The notes: generated by a model not told the origin, from the sequence alone. A DNA stretch of 64,000 bases from Polyangiaceae bacterium (GCA_033763455.1 JANRKO010000011.1:64001-128000); one strand, 5' to 3'; counted from the stretch's first letter, positions 10,523 to 19,890 are shown. Numbers and translations are program-made.

Positions 10523-12024
10523 CAGGTACCCTGCACACCGGCCACCCATCCCATGTGCAGCGATGTGTCCTCGGGGGAACCTTCCTCGGACGTGAACGCC
10601 GGATCCCACGCTGGGCCCGCGTAGGGCAAGAGGGTCGTTGAAGTGCGAGCCTGCTCCGGCAAAGGGCCAGGGTCATTCTCCTTAGTATCCTCAGTGGCAA
10701 CGTAAGCAATAATGCCGCCAGCCACCATTCCGGCGGCAATCCCTGAAAGCCAAATCCGATTGCGCATAGCGTTCTCTTCGCGCTCCACGAGCAAGAGCGG
10801 GCTCAAAGCGGCCGCGCCGCCGAGACCACCCAATCCGATACCAACATCCAACATCAAGACCCGCGAGGGAGCAAAGCTCACCTGGGTTGCCAAAACACCG
10901 CCGAACACGGCACCTCCTGCGGTTCCCCAACCAATTCCGCGCTTAGAGACTGGCCCAGCGGGGCCGCCGTCGCGTTTCGACGAAAGGCCTGTGCGGCCGG
11001 CAACCATGAGCTCACCAATGCCTCCGAGCGCAAATCCAAAACCCGACGCCGAATGCAGAATTACTGCATCACCATCGTCAACATTGGCTTGGGATACGGC
11101 CGTTGCGGCCAAAGTGAGCCCTAACCCTGAGCCCAAAAGACCCCTCACATACCTATCTTTTACCTTCGAACCGTAGCCTTCCGCTAAGAATTGTGTCGCA
11201 ACGTTGGGCCACACCGCCCCCCCCGCGATGAACCATGCTTCTCCAGACGCAATATCCCATTCGTCGGAAACCACCATCGCCGTGCCAAGCCCAACCCCTG
11301 CGCCCAAGGCTGCCAATGGGTACGTGAGACGTAGATCTCGCGAACCGCTGGCTCGCTGCAAGGAAAACCCAGTATAACCGCCAAGAGCCGCCCCCGTTGC
11401 TACTAAAATCGCTCGGCCCGAAGAACGTACTTTTGAAGGAACCGTGCTGGCGCCGGGTGCCAACTCTCCCGTTCTCGCGCCAATGGAAAGCTGGCGCCGA
11501 CCGGCCGCCACCAGATCCCGAAGCATCACCATCACGCGGACTTCAAGCTCCGACTTGCCAAGGCTTTGCGACTTCGACAGGACCACCTCGCTTCCCGGTG
11601 GAACGACTATCAGCGTTACCTCAAAGTCCCCGTCGCCCGCTACGCCGATAATCGGCACGATAACCCAACTCGATGCGGCCAACGTTACCAGGTTCTCGCT
11701 TGATAGCGACTCAACGCGTAGATCCTGCCGACCCGAAAGATCCAAACTGAGATCTAGATCTTGAGCAGCCTCGACTACTACCTGCCCAAGATACCTCGCC
11801 CAGCTAGAGCGCTTTTCACCAAGTAAGCTCTGAGGCGCCGCCGCCAAGCCGTAGTGTGGCCTTCCTCCTTCAAATGACTTCACTTCCAACACAGGTAAGA
11901 TGCGCACCTGCGAAACGGGCTCAGCCTGTGTTGTCGCGGAATACAGCCACACCGCCATCGCCAACATGAAGGCGCCAAGAGAGGCCGCCGGGGTTCCCCA
12001 CCAAGCTTTGAGCAGCGCGCCCAC
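10519..12024 (-). CDS. Gly-rich multi-helix membrane hypothetical protein
   Basis: Long ORF with signal peptide and repeated GxGxG hydrophobic helices; coupled to both neighbours. Confidence 0.7.
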   Translation of the reverse strand: MGALLKAWWGTPAASLGAFMLAMAVWLYSATTQAEPVSQVRILPVLEVKSFEGGRPHYGLAAAPQSLLGEKRSSWARYLGQVVVEAAQDLDLSLDLSGRQDLRVESLSSENLVTLAASSWVIVPIIGVAGDGDFEVTLIVVPPGSEVVLSKSQSLGKSELEVRVMVMLRDLVAAGRRQLSIGARTGELAPGASTVPSKVRSSGRAILVATGAALGGYTGFSLQRASGSRDLRLTYPLAALGAGVGLGTAMVVSDEWDIASGEAWFIAGGAVWPNVATQFLAEGYGSKVKDRYVRGLLGSGLGLTLAATAVSQANVDDGDAVILHSASGFGFALGGIGELMVAGRTGLSSKRDGGPAGPVSKRGIGWGTAGGAVFGGVLATQVSFAPSRVLMLDVGIGLGGLGGAAALSPLLLVEREENAMRNRIWLSGIAAGMVAGGIIAYVATEDTKENDPGPLPEQARTSTTLLPYAGPAWDPAFTSEEGSPEDTSLHMGWVAGVQGTW

Positions 12025-13562
12025 TAGAGCATCAACACAACGTTGAGCCAGGCATCGAAGGTATGGGAGCCATCTACCAAGAATCGACTCCCGGGATCAT
12101 CGATGACGCGGCGGAAATGGGGATTCGGCACGCCCGAAGCAGTAAAAGCACCACCCGATTGAGTGCGGCAGGGCCCGGCGTCTGCCACCGTGTTACTTTC
12201 GCCCGTGGCGCACGCCTGATCGTAGGTAATGAGGTGGGATTGCGTCAGCGTGAGTGCGCCGCCCATGTTGAACTTCACGTATTTTGCCGGCTGCCACGTG
12301 AACTCCGAGCTGAGCTTCATTTCGGCGTATTGCTGAGTATCTGTGAGGCCTTCGTTGTAAACCTTCGTGGACGTTGGGTCCACAATCGAAGGATCGGCGC
12401 TGGTGGCCGGAAACGCTGGATTACCCTTGAACCCAGCGAAGTTTGGATTCCTAAGGCTGGGGGCGTCGCTTGAGCCAAGCGCATCAAACAATTCCGTGTA
12501 ATCGCGCCCCTCGGACACATAGCTACCGGTGGAGCGGAAATCGAACGTTAAGCGCTGAAACTCGCCACGTGCTTCCCACGGGATCACGTTGATACCCACC
12601 ACCATTGAGCCACGCAAAGGCGGATGGTTCACAAGCACGCCCTTTAGGTCACGCGAAGGGCCGTATTCGCTGGAATCATTGGCAAACTCAAACAACGCAT
12701 TGAAGCCGCCGTAGGGCTCCACATATTTCACGCGCTTTGACAGATAAGTATGCACTTCGAGCCCTGTGGTGCCTCGGCTTACCCCCGCCGAACGATCCCC
12801 CGAAAAGCTGCCCTCCAAATCGACATCCCCACCTTTATCGGAGACACCATTGCGATTCACATCTGAAGGATGAGCACACTTTTTCTGCTGATCACCCATC
12901 AGATTCAAGGGCTTGGGATCTGAGTTGCAGGCACGCATCGGATCGGAAACACTGAAGCGCCCTTCCGCTCCGATTACCCACGTGGGCTTCGTGTAATCGC
13001 GCGCTTGATTCAGAAGCCCAATATCAAGCCCGACGGCTAAATATTCGATGCCGCTTCTGGTTGGGCTCTTGAACGGCAAACTAAAAAGACGCTCGCCCGG
13101 CAGGCCCATGAGCGTGGTGCTCTGCTGCGCGCCACTACCCTCGACCGAAGCCAGTTCACGGTCGTTGGAGAGGATAATCGGAAGCCGAAATACGAGCGCG
13201 AGGTCTTTGTAGAGCCCAACGTTAGCGCGCGTGTTGAGTCGACTCGTCGACTCGGAATACTTGGCCACGTTGAGCGCCCGCGACGTAAAGCCGCCCGAAG
13301 AGAGGCCATCTTGCGTGATGGAGGTTTCGCGGCGGATCTGCGCGGTTTTCCAAGTCTGAGCGAAGCCTGCGGTAAGCTCGAGATCAAACGGATCATCACC
13401 GTCAACCGCGTCCGCCACTTGCGTAATCTCAGCGGGCTCCGAGAAGAGCGTGGGCTCAGCCACCCCATGCGGCTCATCGGCTCGAGCATACCCCACCCAC
13501 GCGAACACACCTAGAAGTGCCGCGAGTCCCCCGAGTGACGTTCCTCTACGCAGCGTTGCCAT
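12024..13562 (-). CDS. Putative outer-membrane beta-barrel protein
   Basis: Signal peptide (ARA|D), alternating amphipathic strands and a C-terminal strand FDAWLNVVLML. Confidence 0.65.
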   Translation of the reverse strand: MATLRRGTSLGGLAALLGVFAWVGYARADEPHGVAEPTLFSEPAEITQVADAVDGDDPFDLELTAGFAQTWKTAQIRRETSITQDGLSSGGFTSRALNVAKYSESTSRLNTRANVGLYKDLALVFRLPIILSNDRELASVEGSGAQQSTTLMGLPGERLFSLPFKSPTRSGIEYLAVGLDIGLLNQARDYTKPTWVIGAEGRFSVSDPMRACNSDPKPLNLMGDQQKKCAHPSDVNRNGVSDKGGDVDLEGSFSGDRSAGVSRGTTGLEVHTYLSKRVKYVEPYGGFNALFEFANDSSEYGPSRDLKGVLVNHPPLRGSMVVGINVIPWEARGEFQRLTFDFRSTGSYVSEGRDYTELFDALGSSDAPSLRNPNFAGFKGNPAFPATSADPSIVDPTSTKVYNEGLTDTQQYAEMKLSSEFTWQPAKYVKFNMGGALTLTQSHLITYDQACATGESNTVADAGPCRTQSGGAFTASGVPNPHFRRVIDDPGSRFLVDGSHTFDAWLNVVLML

Positions 13563-13631
13563 CTACGGTAGTGCAAGCTAGCGGTGCTAGGCAGAAACTG
13601 TCAATCCCACGGCCGAACAGCGAGGCCAACG

Positions 13632-14996
13632 TCAGTTCTCGGGCGAAACGCCTGGGCCAGAAAGCAGTGGATTCACGAGGGTGATACGCCCCGTTTCTTC
13701 GTCCTCGTCGTCGAAGATTTCCGCCGTGATGTCTTCGGCCGCGAGCTCTGCCTTGGCCTGCCCTAGCTCTCGACTGGTATCGGCAAGACGGTCCGCGAGC
13801 ACTCCCAAGAACTGCCACAAGAGCTTTACCGCAAGCTGGTGCTCTTTGCGCAAGATCTCAAAGAAATCAGTGCGTCGAATCACCATCAGCTCGCTTGGCC
13901 CGTCGGAGAGGACCGTGGCCGACCGGGGCTGACTGCGAACAAGGGCCATCTCTCCAAAGTGGTCACCAGCGGTCAACACCGCGATCTGAGCGTCCCCACG
14001 CACCACGCTAGCCTGCCCCGTAAGCACGATGAAGAGCTCCTCGCCCGAATCACCCTCGCGAATGATGTGCTGCCCGCTATCGTAAGCCACAACATCGGTG
14101 ACTTGCAGTACGCGCAAGAGCTCGCGATCGTTGAGCGGCCTAAAAAGAGGCATGCGCGCCAGGATATCGCGCTTCAACTGAAGCTGCTTGGCGCGCGTTT
14201 CATCCTTCGCCGCCGGATCCCCCACGGTGATAATACAAGCGGTGATGTTATCTTTGCCACCGCGCTCGTTAGCGGCGGCGATCATCTGCTTAACGGCCTG
14301 CTCTTCACTCGGCTGCATCAGCAGCTGGCCGAGCCCTTCGACGTTTTCCTCGAAGTACCCGCTCAAGCCATCCGAACACAAAAGAAAGCGATCTCCCGGC
14401 AGAAGATCGACCACTATGGTTTCGGGCTCGACGTGTTCGTAGACACCGACGGCACGCGTAATGGCATTCTTCTGCGCAAGCTTTTCCACCTGCTCGCGTG
14501 GCATCTTCTTGCGTTTGATGAGCTCGTTGTAAACGTTGTGATCTTCGGTGAGCTGCTGCAACTGTCCTTCGCGCAGCTGATACAACCGGCTGTCCCCGAC
14601 ATAGATGATGAAGGCTTGGCTGCCGACGATCAAAATGGCAACGAGCGTGGTGCCCATGCCGCGCTTCTTCGCGTCCCGCTGGGCCTCTGAATGCACCTTG
14701 CCTGAAGCTCGGTTAACCGCGAACTCCAGCATGTTCAAAAGGTCACGCTTGCTCACCCGCGCGCCACCTTTCTTCTCTGCTAGAAAATCTTCGATGAGCT
14801 CCACTTCGCGTTTCACTTCTTCGTGAAACGTACGAACCGCGATAGCACTCGCCACCTCACCCGCGGCATGCCCACCCATGCCATCGCACACGATGAAGAG
14901 CCCCAGCTTCTTGTCGACTAGGTAATTGTCCTCGTTGTGCTCGCGGACCTTGCCGACGTCGGTCAGGGCGGCGAACTTTAGTTCGAGTGCCTTCAT
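13632..14996 (-). CDS. PP2C-family Ser/Thr phosphatase fused to a cyclic-nucleotide-binding domain
   Basis: TDVGKVREHNED, CDGMGGH, VGDSRLY, LCSDGL, GGKDNIT; C-terminal IIREGD..LFIVLTG..GDHFGEMAL..PRSATV. Confidence 0.93.
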   Translation of the reverse strand: MKALELKFAALTDVGKVREHNEDNYLVDKKLGLFIVCDGMGGHAAGEVASAIAVRTFHEEVKREVELIEDFLAEKKGGARVSKRDLLNMLEFAVNRASGKVHSEAQRDAKKRGMGTTLVAILIVGSQAFIIYVGDSRLYQLREGQLQQLTEDHNVYNELIKRKKMPREQVEKLAQKNAITRAVGVYEHVEPETIVVDLLPGDRFLLCSDGLSGYFEENVEGLGQLLMQPSEEQAVKQMIAAANERGGKDNITACIITVGDPAAKDETRAKQLQLKRDILARMPLFRPLNDRELLRVLQVTDVVAYDSGQHIIREGDSGEELFIVLTGQASVVRGDAQIAVLTAGDHFGEMALVRSQPRSATVLSDGPSELMVIRRTDFFEILRKEHQLAVKLLWQFLGVLADRLADTSRELGQAKAELAAEDITAEIFDDEDEETGRITLVNPLLSGPGVSPEN

Positions 14997-15031
14997 GAAG
15001 TAGCAAGAATAACCAACCCAGCAAAAAGAAG

Positions 15032-15757
15032 CTACATACCGAAAGCCTCGTGGTCGAATAGCGAATATGCGCCGTTTTCAGCCACAATCACGTGATCGAG
15101 CAGAGGGACCCCGACCACCTCACACGCACGCCGAATGGCCAGGGTCATCACCACATCCTCCTGGCTCGGCTCGGGATCCCCGCTGGGATGGTTATGAACC
15201 AGCAGAATTGAGGTCCCCGCAGCTCTTAGCGCCGGCCTTAGCACGTCCTTCACCGTGAGGGCGCAGCCATGGACCCCACCGGATGCCACCCGCTGCAGAG
15301 CCTTCAGATGATTCTTGGCATCGAGCACCAACAACCACACTTCCTCATGCTCCAGGCCCGCGAGCCGCGGCCTGGCCCATTTTACCACCTGCTCAAACTG
15401 CGTGAACCTGAAGAGCTCTGGCACTGGCTCGCGAAAGGTTGACCGTCTTCCGAGCTCTAGCGCGGCAGCGATGCAGGCGGCCCGCGTCTCACCAAGGCCG
15501 GACATGGCAAGCAACGAGTGAAGCCCTTGGGAGGCAATACCCTGCACGCCGCCGTAGGTTTCAAGAAGCGCCACCGAACGCGCTAGGAGCTTCGGCTCCC
15601 GCGACCTGCGACCAAGCAACAATGCGAGCAGCTCGTGATCCCCAAGGGACTCCACCCCGTAGAGGAGCGTCCGTTCATAGAGGGATGGATTTTCACGCGC
15701 GGGCGGAGATGACTTTGGAGCCGAAGGGGACTGCGAAGAAGCGAGAGAGAGCATCAT
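15032..15757 (-). CDS. radC: RadC-family JAB-domain protein
   Basis: ERTLLYGVESLGDHELLALLLG, HhH GLGETRA, LVHNHPSGDPEPSQED, LLDHVIV. Confidence 0.95.
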   Translation of the reverse strand: MMLSLASSQSPSAPKSSPPARENPSLYERTLLYGVESLGDHELLALLLGRRSREPKLLARSVALLETYGGVQGIASQGLHSLLAMSGLGETRAACIAAALELGRRSTFREPVPELFRFTQFEQVVKWARPRLAGLEHEEVWLLVLDAKNHLKALQRVASGGVHGCALTVKDVLRPALRAAGTSILLVHNHPSGDPEPSQEDVVMTLAIRRACEVVGVPLLDHVIVAENGAYSLFDHEAFGM

Positions 15758-15766
15758 CGCGCTTCA

Positions 15767-15875
15767 GCACGAAGTGTGCCGGCACTGAAGCGCCGGAACT
15801 TAGGGCGAAACCCAGAGCGGCTACGTTGGCGAAAACGGCCAGGTGTCGGTGATGGACGGATGGCTCAGGTTGCGA
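15767..15875 (-). promoter_or_regulatory. sigma-54 promoter (CGGCACA-CTTC-GTGC) with upstream conserved boxes, for radC
   Basis: GG-N10-GC spacing at 15767-15781; boxes shared with 16849-16973 and 30165-30258. Confidence 0.65.
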
Positions 15876-15896
15876 GTGAAGGGAACTCTTCAAAGT

Positions 15897-16787
15897 TCAA
15901 CTCAAAACCTGTTCCAAGGTGGCGGCCGTAAGCACTCGCTCAGCAAAGCGCTCCAGATCGTCTGGCGAAGCTGTTCTTACGCGATCGGCCAGAGCCTGCT
16001 CAATGTGACCGAAACGCAACGTGAGCTGCTTCAAGACGACTTCAGCTTTGCCCTCGGCTTTGCCCCGAGCCTCGCCCTCGGCCTCGCCCTCGGCACGACC
16101 GATGGAGATGTAACGGCGAGCGAACTCACTCTGAAATTCGTATTTGGCTGGGTCCATGGCTTGGAGGGCCTTTCTGGCGGCGGTCCCTAGATTGGCTAGG
16201 ATGAGATCAGTGTAAAGGACGGATAGTTCCTCGTCGAGGCCGATGCTGGCAGCCATAGCAGCGAGGGCGATGCGGACGGATTTATCGGTGTTGGTGCTCT
16301 TGCCGTGAGCCATGGCGGACAGGACGGCCAGCTCGGGATCCGCCTTGGCAACGTTTTCGTCTTCGACTTCGGGGACGCCCGATGGGCCCAAGACAAGCGG
16401 CGTGAATGTGTTGCCGCCGCCAAGGTGAATGGGCTTTGCGGCCCACTTGGCTACCGACTCGGTGGACGTGACTACGAGGAGGACGACAGGGCACCGAATC
16501 CGCGTTCGGAGATGAACCGAATAGCCTGGCCAGACGAACAACTTATCGTCGTCTGGTTGAAGCTGTGCTTCTACTACTATGCCAAGCACGGGCTTATTGT
16601 CGTAGAGGAGGACGACGAGATCGGCGTGATACTGAACGGGCTGAAGCTCCGTGAATTCGCCGGACTCAACTCGTATTTCTGTGTACTCGGGAAGCGTTAC
16701 GTGAAGAGCGTCGCGAAGCAGCTCGGGGGCGAGCGCGGGCCGATTGCGGAATAACAGGAGCAGAGCTTCGTGAAGGACAGAGGGAAT
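15897..16787 (-). CDS. Rpn-like PD-(D/E)XK nuclease with C-terminal DUF4351-like domain (start uncertain, possibly damaged)
   Basis: ADLVVLL..GIVVEAQL nuclease core, AEGEAEGEARGKAEGKAE repeats, LKQLTLRFG..LERFAERVL tail. The expected 'MPS..HE' start reads ATT-CCC-TCT at 16787. Confidence 0.8.
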   Translation of the reverse strand: MPSVLHEALLLLFRNRPALAPELLRDALHVTLPEYTEIRVESGEFTELQPVQYHADLVVLLYDNKPVLGIVVEAQLQPDDDKLFVWPGYSVHLRTRIRCPVVLLVVTSTESVAKWAAKPIHLGGGNTFTPLVLGPSGVPEVEDENVAKADPELAVLSAMAHGKSTNTDKSVRIALAAMAASIGLDEELSVLYTDLILANLGTAARKALQAMDPAKYEFQSEFARRYISIGRAEGEAEGEARGKAEGKAEVVLKQLTLRFGHIEQALADRVRTASPDDLERFAERVLTAATLEQVLS

Positions 16788-16848
16788 TTGAGCGCATTGC
16801 CGCGCCTCACTGCGCCGAACGGCGAGTGCGGGAGCCTCCAGTGCTTCA

Positions 16849-16973
16849 GCAGGAAGCGTGCCCGCTCCGAGGGGGCACAAACTGAGCGCCCTTCTGGGAA
16901 ACCGGGGACAGCCACGTTGGCGAAACTAGCCAAGTGTCGGCGCTGGACGGTCAGGCCAAAGCCAAGGTTGCGA
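16849..16973 (-). promoter_or_regulatory. sigma-54 promoter (GGGCACG-CTTC-CTGC) with upstream boxes; diverged copy of the radC promoter region
   Basis: Shares GCTTCAGCA, ACGTTGGCGAAA, GTGTCGG-N3-TGGACGG and AGGTTGCGA with 15761-15875, in the same order. Confidence 0.7.
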
Positions 16974-17004
16974 TCCCCCTTGCTTTCGTCGGGAGCTTGC
17001 GTCA

Positions 17005-17028
17005 ATGTACAACCAAATGGTTGTACAT
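17005..17028. promoter_or_regulatory. ArsR operator palindrome ATGTACAACCA-AA-TGGTTGTACAT
   Basis: Perfect 11-bp arms overlapping the start of the ArsR gene. Confidence 0.75.
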
Positions 17029-17376
17029 GTAAGCGCTTCTTCGGCGAGCATTGACCGGATTTTCCGGGCAATGGCCGACCCCACTCGCCGGGACATTGTC
17101 GAGCGGGTGCTGAAGGGCGAGCAATCCGTGAGTGCCCTCGCGGATCGCTACCAGATGTCGTTCGCCGCCGTGCAGAAGCATGTCGCCGTGCTCGAACGTG
17201 CGGGCCTTGCCAAAAAACATGCACGTGGCCGCGAGCGGCTCGTGAGCGCCAACATAGGCTCTATTCGCAAAGTTCGTAATCTGCTCGACCGCTACGAGGC
17301 GCTTTGGAGGGACCGCATCGATCGCCTCGACGCCCTACTTGCTGAGCCAGAGCACCCCTCCACCACGAAGGAATAA
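17017..17376 (+). CDS. ArsR/SmtB-family transcriptional regulator
   Basis: IFRAMADPTRRDI, SVSALA..MSFAAVQKHVAVLERAGL..GRE; start at 17005 or 17017. Confidence 0.93.
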   Translation: MVVHVSASSASIDRIFRAMADPTRRDIVERVLKGEQSVSALADRYQMSFAAVQKHVAVLERAGLAKKHARGRERLVSANIGSIRKVRNLLDRYEALWRDRIDRLDALLAEPEHPSTTKE

Positions 17377-17380
17377 CCCC

Positions 17381-18370
17381 ATGCCCATCACCAACGTAGT
17401 TAAAGATCCAAGTGCCCTCACCATGACCGTGACCGCTGAGTTTCCTGTGCCGGTGCGCCGCGTGTGGGATGCCTACGCTGATCCGCGCAAGCTGGAGCGT
17501 TTTTGGGGTCCGCCAACCTGGCCAGCTACCTTCACCCGCCACGACATGGCCGTGGGAGGGCGCTCCGAATACACCATGCGGGGCCCCGACGGCACAGCCT
17601 CCTCAGGCTATTGGGAATTTATCGGAGTGAATGCACCGCACAGCTTCGAGGTCAAAGACGGTTTTCTCAGGGCCGATGGCACACCGAATAACGAGCTCCC
17701 TAGCATGCGCATGGTCTTTCGCTTCGAAGAAACGGCAAAAGGCTCACGCGTTGTAACTACCACTTTCTTTCCGTCAGCCGAGGCGCTGCAACAGCTTCTT
17801 GACATGGGCATGGAGGAAGGCATGCGCCAGGCGATGGGTCAGATGGACTCCGTGCTCACCGATCTCGCATTGTTTGCGGCCGGAAGCGGAACCGAGGTGC
17901 AACAGCTCCCGGGCACTCAGGTACGCATCAGCCGCGTGATCCGCGGGAGCGTGGAGCAGGTGTGGCGTGCGCACCACGATCCGGATTTGCTCAAACGCTG
18001 GATGCTTGGCCCGGAAGGTTGGTTAATGCCGGTGTGCCAACCAGCGGCAAAGGTGGGCGACAGTTATCGCTACGAATGGGCGCCCGTTGCGGGAGGCCCA
18101 GCTGAAGGCCAGCCGGGTTTTGCATTCGAGGGTCAGCTCCTCGCATCAGAGCCCCCCTATCGCGCCGTAACCACCGAACGCATGGTGGGCATGCCTGGCC
18201 CAGGTGCTACCAATGAGCTAACGCTCACCGCGCTGCAAGAAGGCACGCTCATGTCATTGCTCATCACCTACCCAAGCGCCGAGCTGCGCGACATGGTGCT
18301 GGGCACCGGCATGGCCTCTGGCATGGAAGCAAGCTACGCGCGGCTGGAATCGATCCTGGGAGTGGGGTGA
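17381..18370 (+). CDS. Tandem SRPBCC (AHSA1-like) domain protein
   Basis: Two repeats, VWDAYADPRKLERFWGP and VWRAHHDPDLLKRWM; AAGGA RBS. Confidence 0.92.
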   Translation: MPITNVVKDPSALTMTVTAEFPVPVRRVWDAYADPRKLERFWGPPTWPATFTRHDMAVGGRSEYTMRGPDGTASSGYWEFIGVNAPHSFEVKDGFLRADGTPNNELPSMRMVFRFEETAKGSRVVTTTFFPSAEALQQLLDMGMEEGMRQAMGQMDSVLTDLALFAAGSGTEVQQLPGTQVRISRVIRGSVEQVWRAHHDPDLLKRWMLGPEGWLMPVCQPAAKVGDSYRYEWAPVAGGPAEGQPGFAFEGQLLASEPPYRAVTTERMVGMPGPGATNELTLTALQEGTLMSLLITYPSAELRDMVLGTGMASGMEASYARLESILGVG

Positions 18371-18410
18371 AGGGCAGCCAACGCTAGCTCAAGTATGCTA
18401 GGCTGGGCGG

Positions 18411-18596
18411 ATGCATTCAGGCGATGTCCATGGGCGAAAGCGGAGCAAAGTGGCTGCCGAGGGGCGCCGCGTGGAGCTTGAAGCGGTGCTAAAGATGACT
18501 CCGCTGGAGCGCGCCCAGCTAGCTTTGCGTCTCGGGCGTCGTGATCGCGCGGTCAGGGAGCTTGCCCTCGCGCGCGATCTCGGCGCGAGAAAATAG
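18411..18596 (+). CDS. Small basic protein, putative partner (antitoxin-like) of the downstream nucleotidyltransferase
   Basis: 61 aa with an 'MTPLERAQLA' helix, 2 nt upstream of the NTase gene. Confidence 0.5.
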   Translation: MHSGDVHGRKRSKVAAEGRRVELEAVLKMTPLERAQLALRLGRRDRAVRELALARDLGARK

Positions 18597-18598
18597 GT

Positions 18599-19162
18599 AT
18601 GGACCGTACATTCGAATTGGCTGAGCGCGTTCGCTCTATCTTGGAACAGAAGGGGCACAGCTGCGCCGTGATCGGTGCCGTGGCGCTCGCAGCCTGGGGT
18701 TACCCGCGCAGCACGTTGGACATCGACCTAGCGGTGAACTTGGATCCGCGTGAACTCAGCGAAATCGGTAGAGCCATTGAGTTAACAGGCGACGGACTTA
18801 GAACTCGGCTCTTGCTTCCCGATGCGGAGGATCCGCTGGGTGGGACGCTAACAATTACCGGAGATGAGAGCGACCCGGTGCAGCTCGTGAATTTCTACAA
18901 TCCTCACCGCGGCCGAAATGTACTCGGGCGTTCGCTACTTCTTGCCGCCAAGCCCAAGATCATCGGGGAGCTCGCCGTCGTTGATCTGCCGCACCTAGTA
19001 GCCACCAAGCTCTACGCAGGTGACTTGGCCGACCGCGTGGATGTGCTTGAAGTGTTGCGGCGCAATCCAGAATGCAATCTTGAGGAAGTGGCCAACACCT
19101 GCACGCGCTTAGGGCTCGGTGAAGCTTGGAGCGCGATCGCCTCAGACCTGGGAGAACGCTGA
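18599..19162 (+). CDS. Pol-beta-superfamily nucleotidyltransferase (DUF6036/AbiEii-like)
   Basis: AVIGAVALAAWGYPRSTLDIDL signature; LVATKL..G...DRVD C-terminal motif. Confidence 0.8.
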   Translation: MDRTFELAERVRSILEQKGHSCAVIGAVALAAWGYPRSTLDIDLAVNLDPRELSEIGRAIELTGDGLRTRLLLPDAEDPLGGTLTITGDESDPVQLVNFYNPHRGRNVLGRSLLLAAKPKIIGELAVVDLPHLVATKLYAGDLADRVDVLEVLRRNPECNLEEVANTCTRLGLGEAWSAIASDLGER

Positions 19163-19164
19163 TT

Positions 19165-19890
19165 CTATTCAGACGCGCCTGAGGCCGCTACGTCGAATTC
19201 GTGAAGCAGACCCACGAGGATGATGGCAGTTTGATTGCGCATGGAGATCGTGTCGGACATTACGCTGTCTCCGTTTGCACGGGCGGAGCCTGCGCGCGGA
19301 TAATGCAGCTCACCGCCTGTGAGATAGCGGAAGCCGAACGTCAGGAACGTGAGATGCTCTGGCCCATGTGAGCGGATCTGAATCTGCGCTCCGAGGCCGA
19401 ACCCGTAGCTGCGCAAATAGGACAACGACGTCTCGTGTGGTGGGATCGTCAATCGCCGGGCAGTGTCGTCCAGCATTTCGCGTTCAACCCCGATGTTAAC
19501 TCGGCTAACCCCCAGTAAGCCTTCTACGAACGGCCGAAGGCGAGAACTGAACGGCTGAAACCGAGCATGGAGATGGCTGTTGAGGGAGTAAGAATCCAGC
19601 GTGGTCCTGAGGGCGCCACTTGGAACATCTGCGATTCGCTCAATGAGAGTGCTTCCTTCGTAAAAATAGGACACAGACCCCAGAAAGGCGAGCGGCACGC
19701 CGGTAAACCGTGCTCCGAGGCCGACACCGAACCCAAGGCCAGGCCCCAACTGCAGCTGGGCTTGCTTGCCCGGGTGCCACGCAGCAAGCACATCGGCCTG
19801 CACGTCCGTCTTAACGTCTGCCGAGCTAACGCCACACCACAAGAAGGAACCACTTGCAGCCGCCGCTGCGAACCATCGTGAGGACCTCAT
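19165..19890 (-). CDS. Small outer-membrane beta-barrel protein, paralog A
   Basis: Signal peptide (SSA|D); HLHARFQPFSSRLRPFVEG, SYGFGLGAQIQ. Confidence 0.7.
   Translation of the reverse strand: MRSSRWFAAAAASGSFLWCGVSSADVKTDVQADVLAAWHPGKQAQLQLGPGLGFGVGLGARFTGVPLAFLGSVSYFYEGSTLIERIADVPSGALRTTLDSYSLNSHLHARFQPFSSRLRPFVEGLLGVSRVNIGVEREMLDDTARRLTIPPHETSLSYLRSYGFGLGAQIQIRSHGPEHLTFLTFGFRYLTGGELHYPRAGSARANGDSVMSDTISMRNQTAIILVGLLHEFDVAASGASE

Noticed and set aside
15897..16787. Rpn-like gene as an IS transposase
   Set aside because: No terminal inverted repeats or target duplication were seen; the family is not known to transpose.
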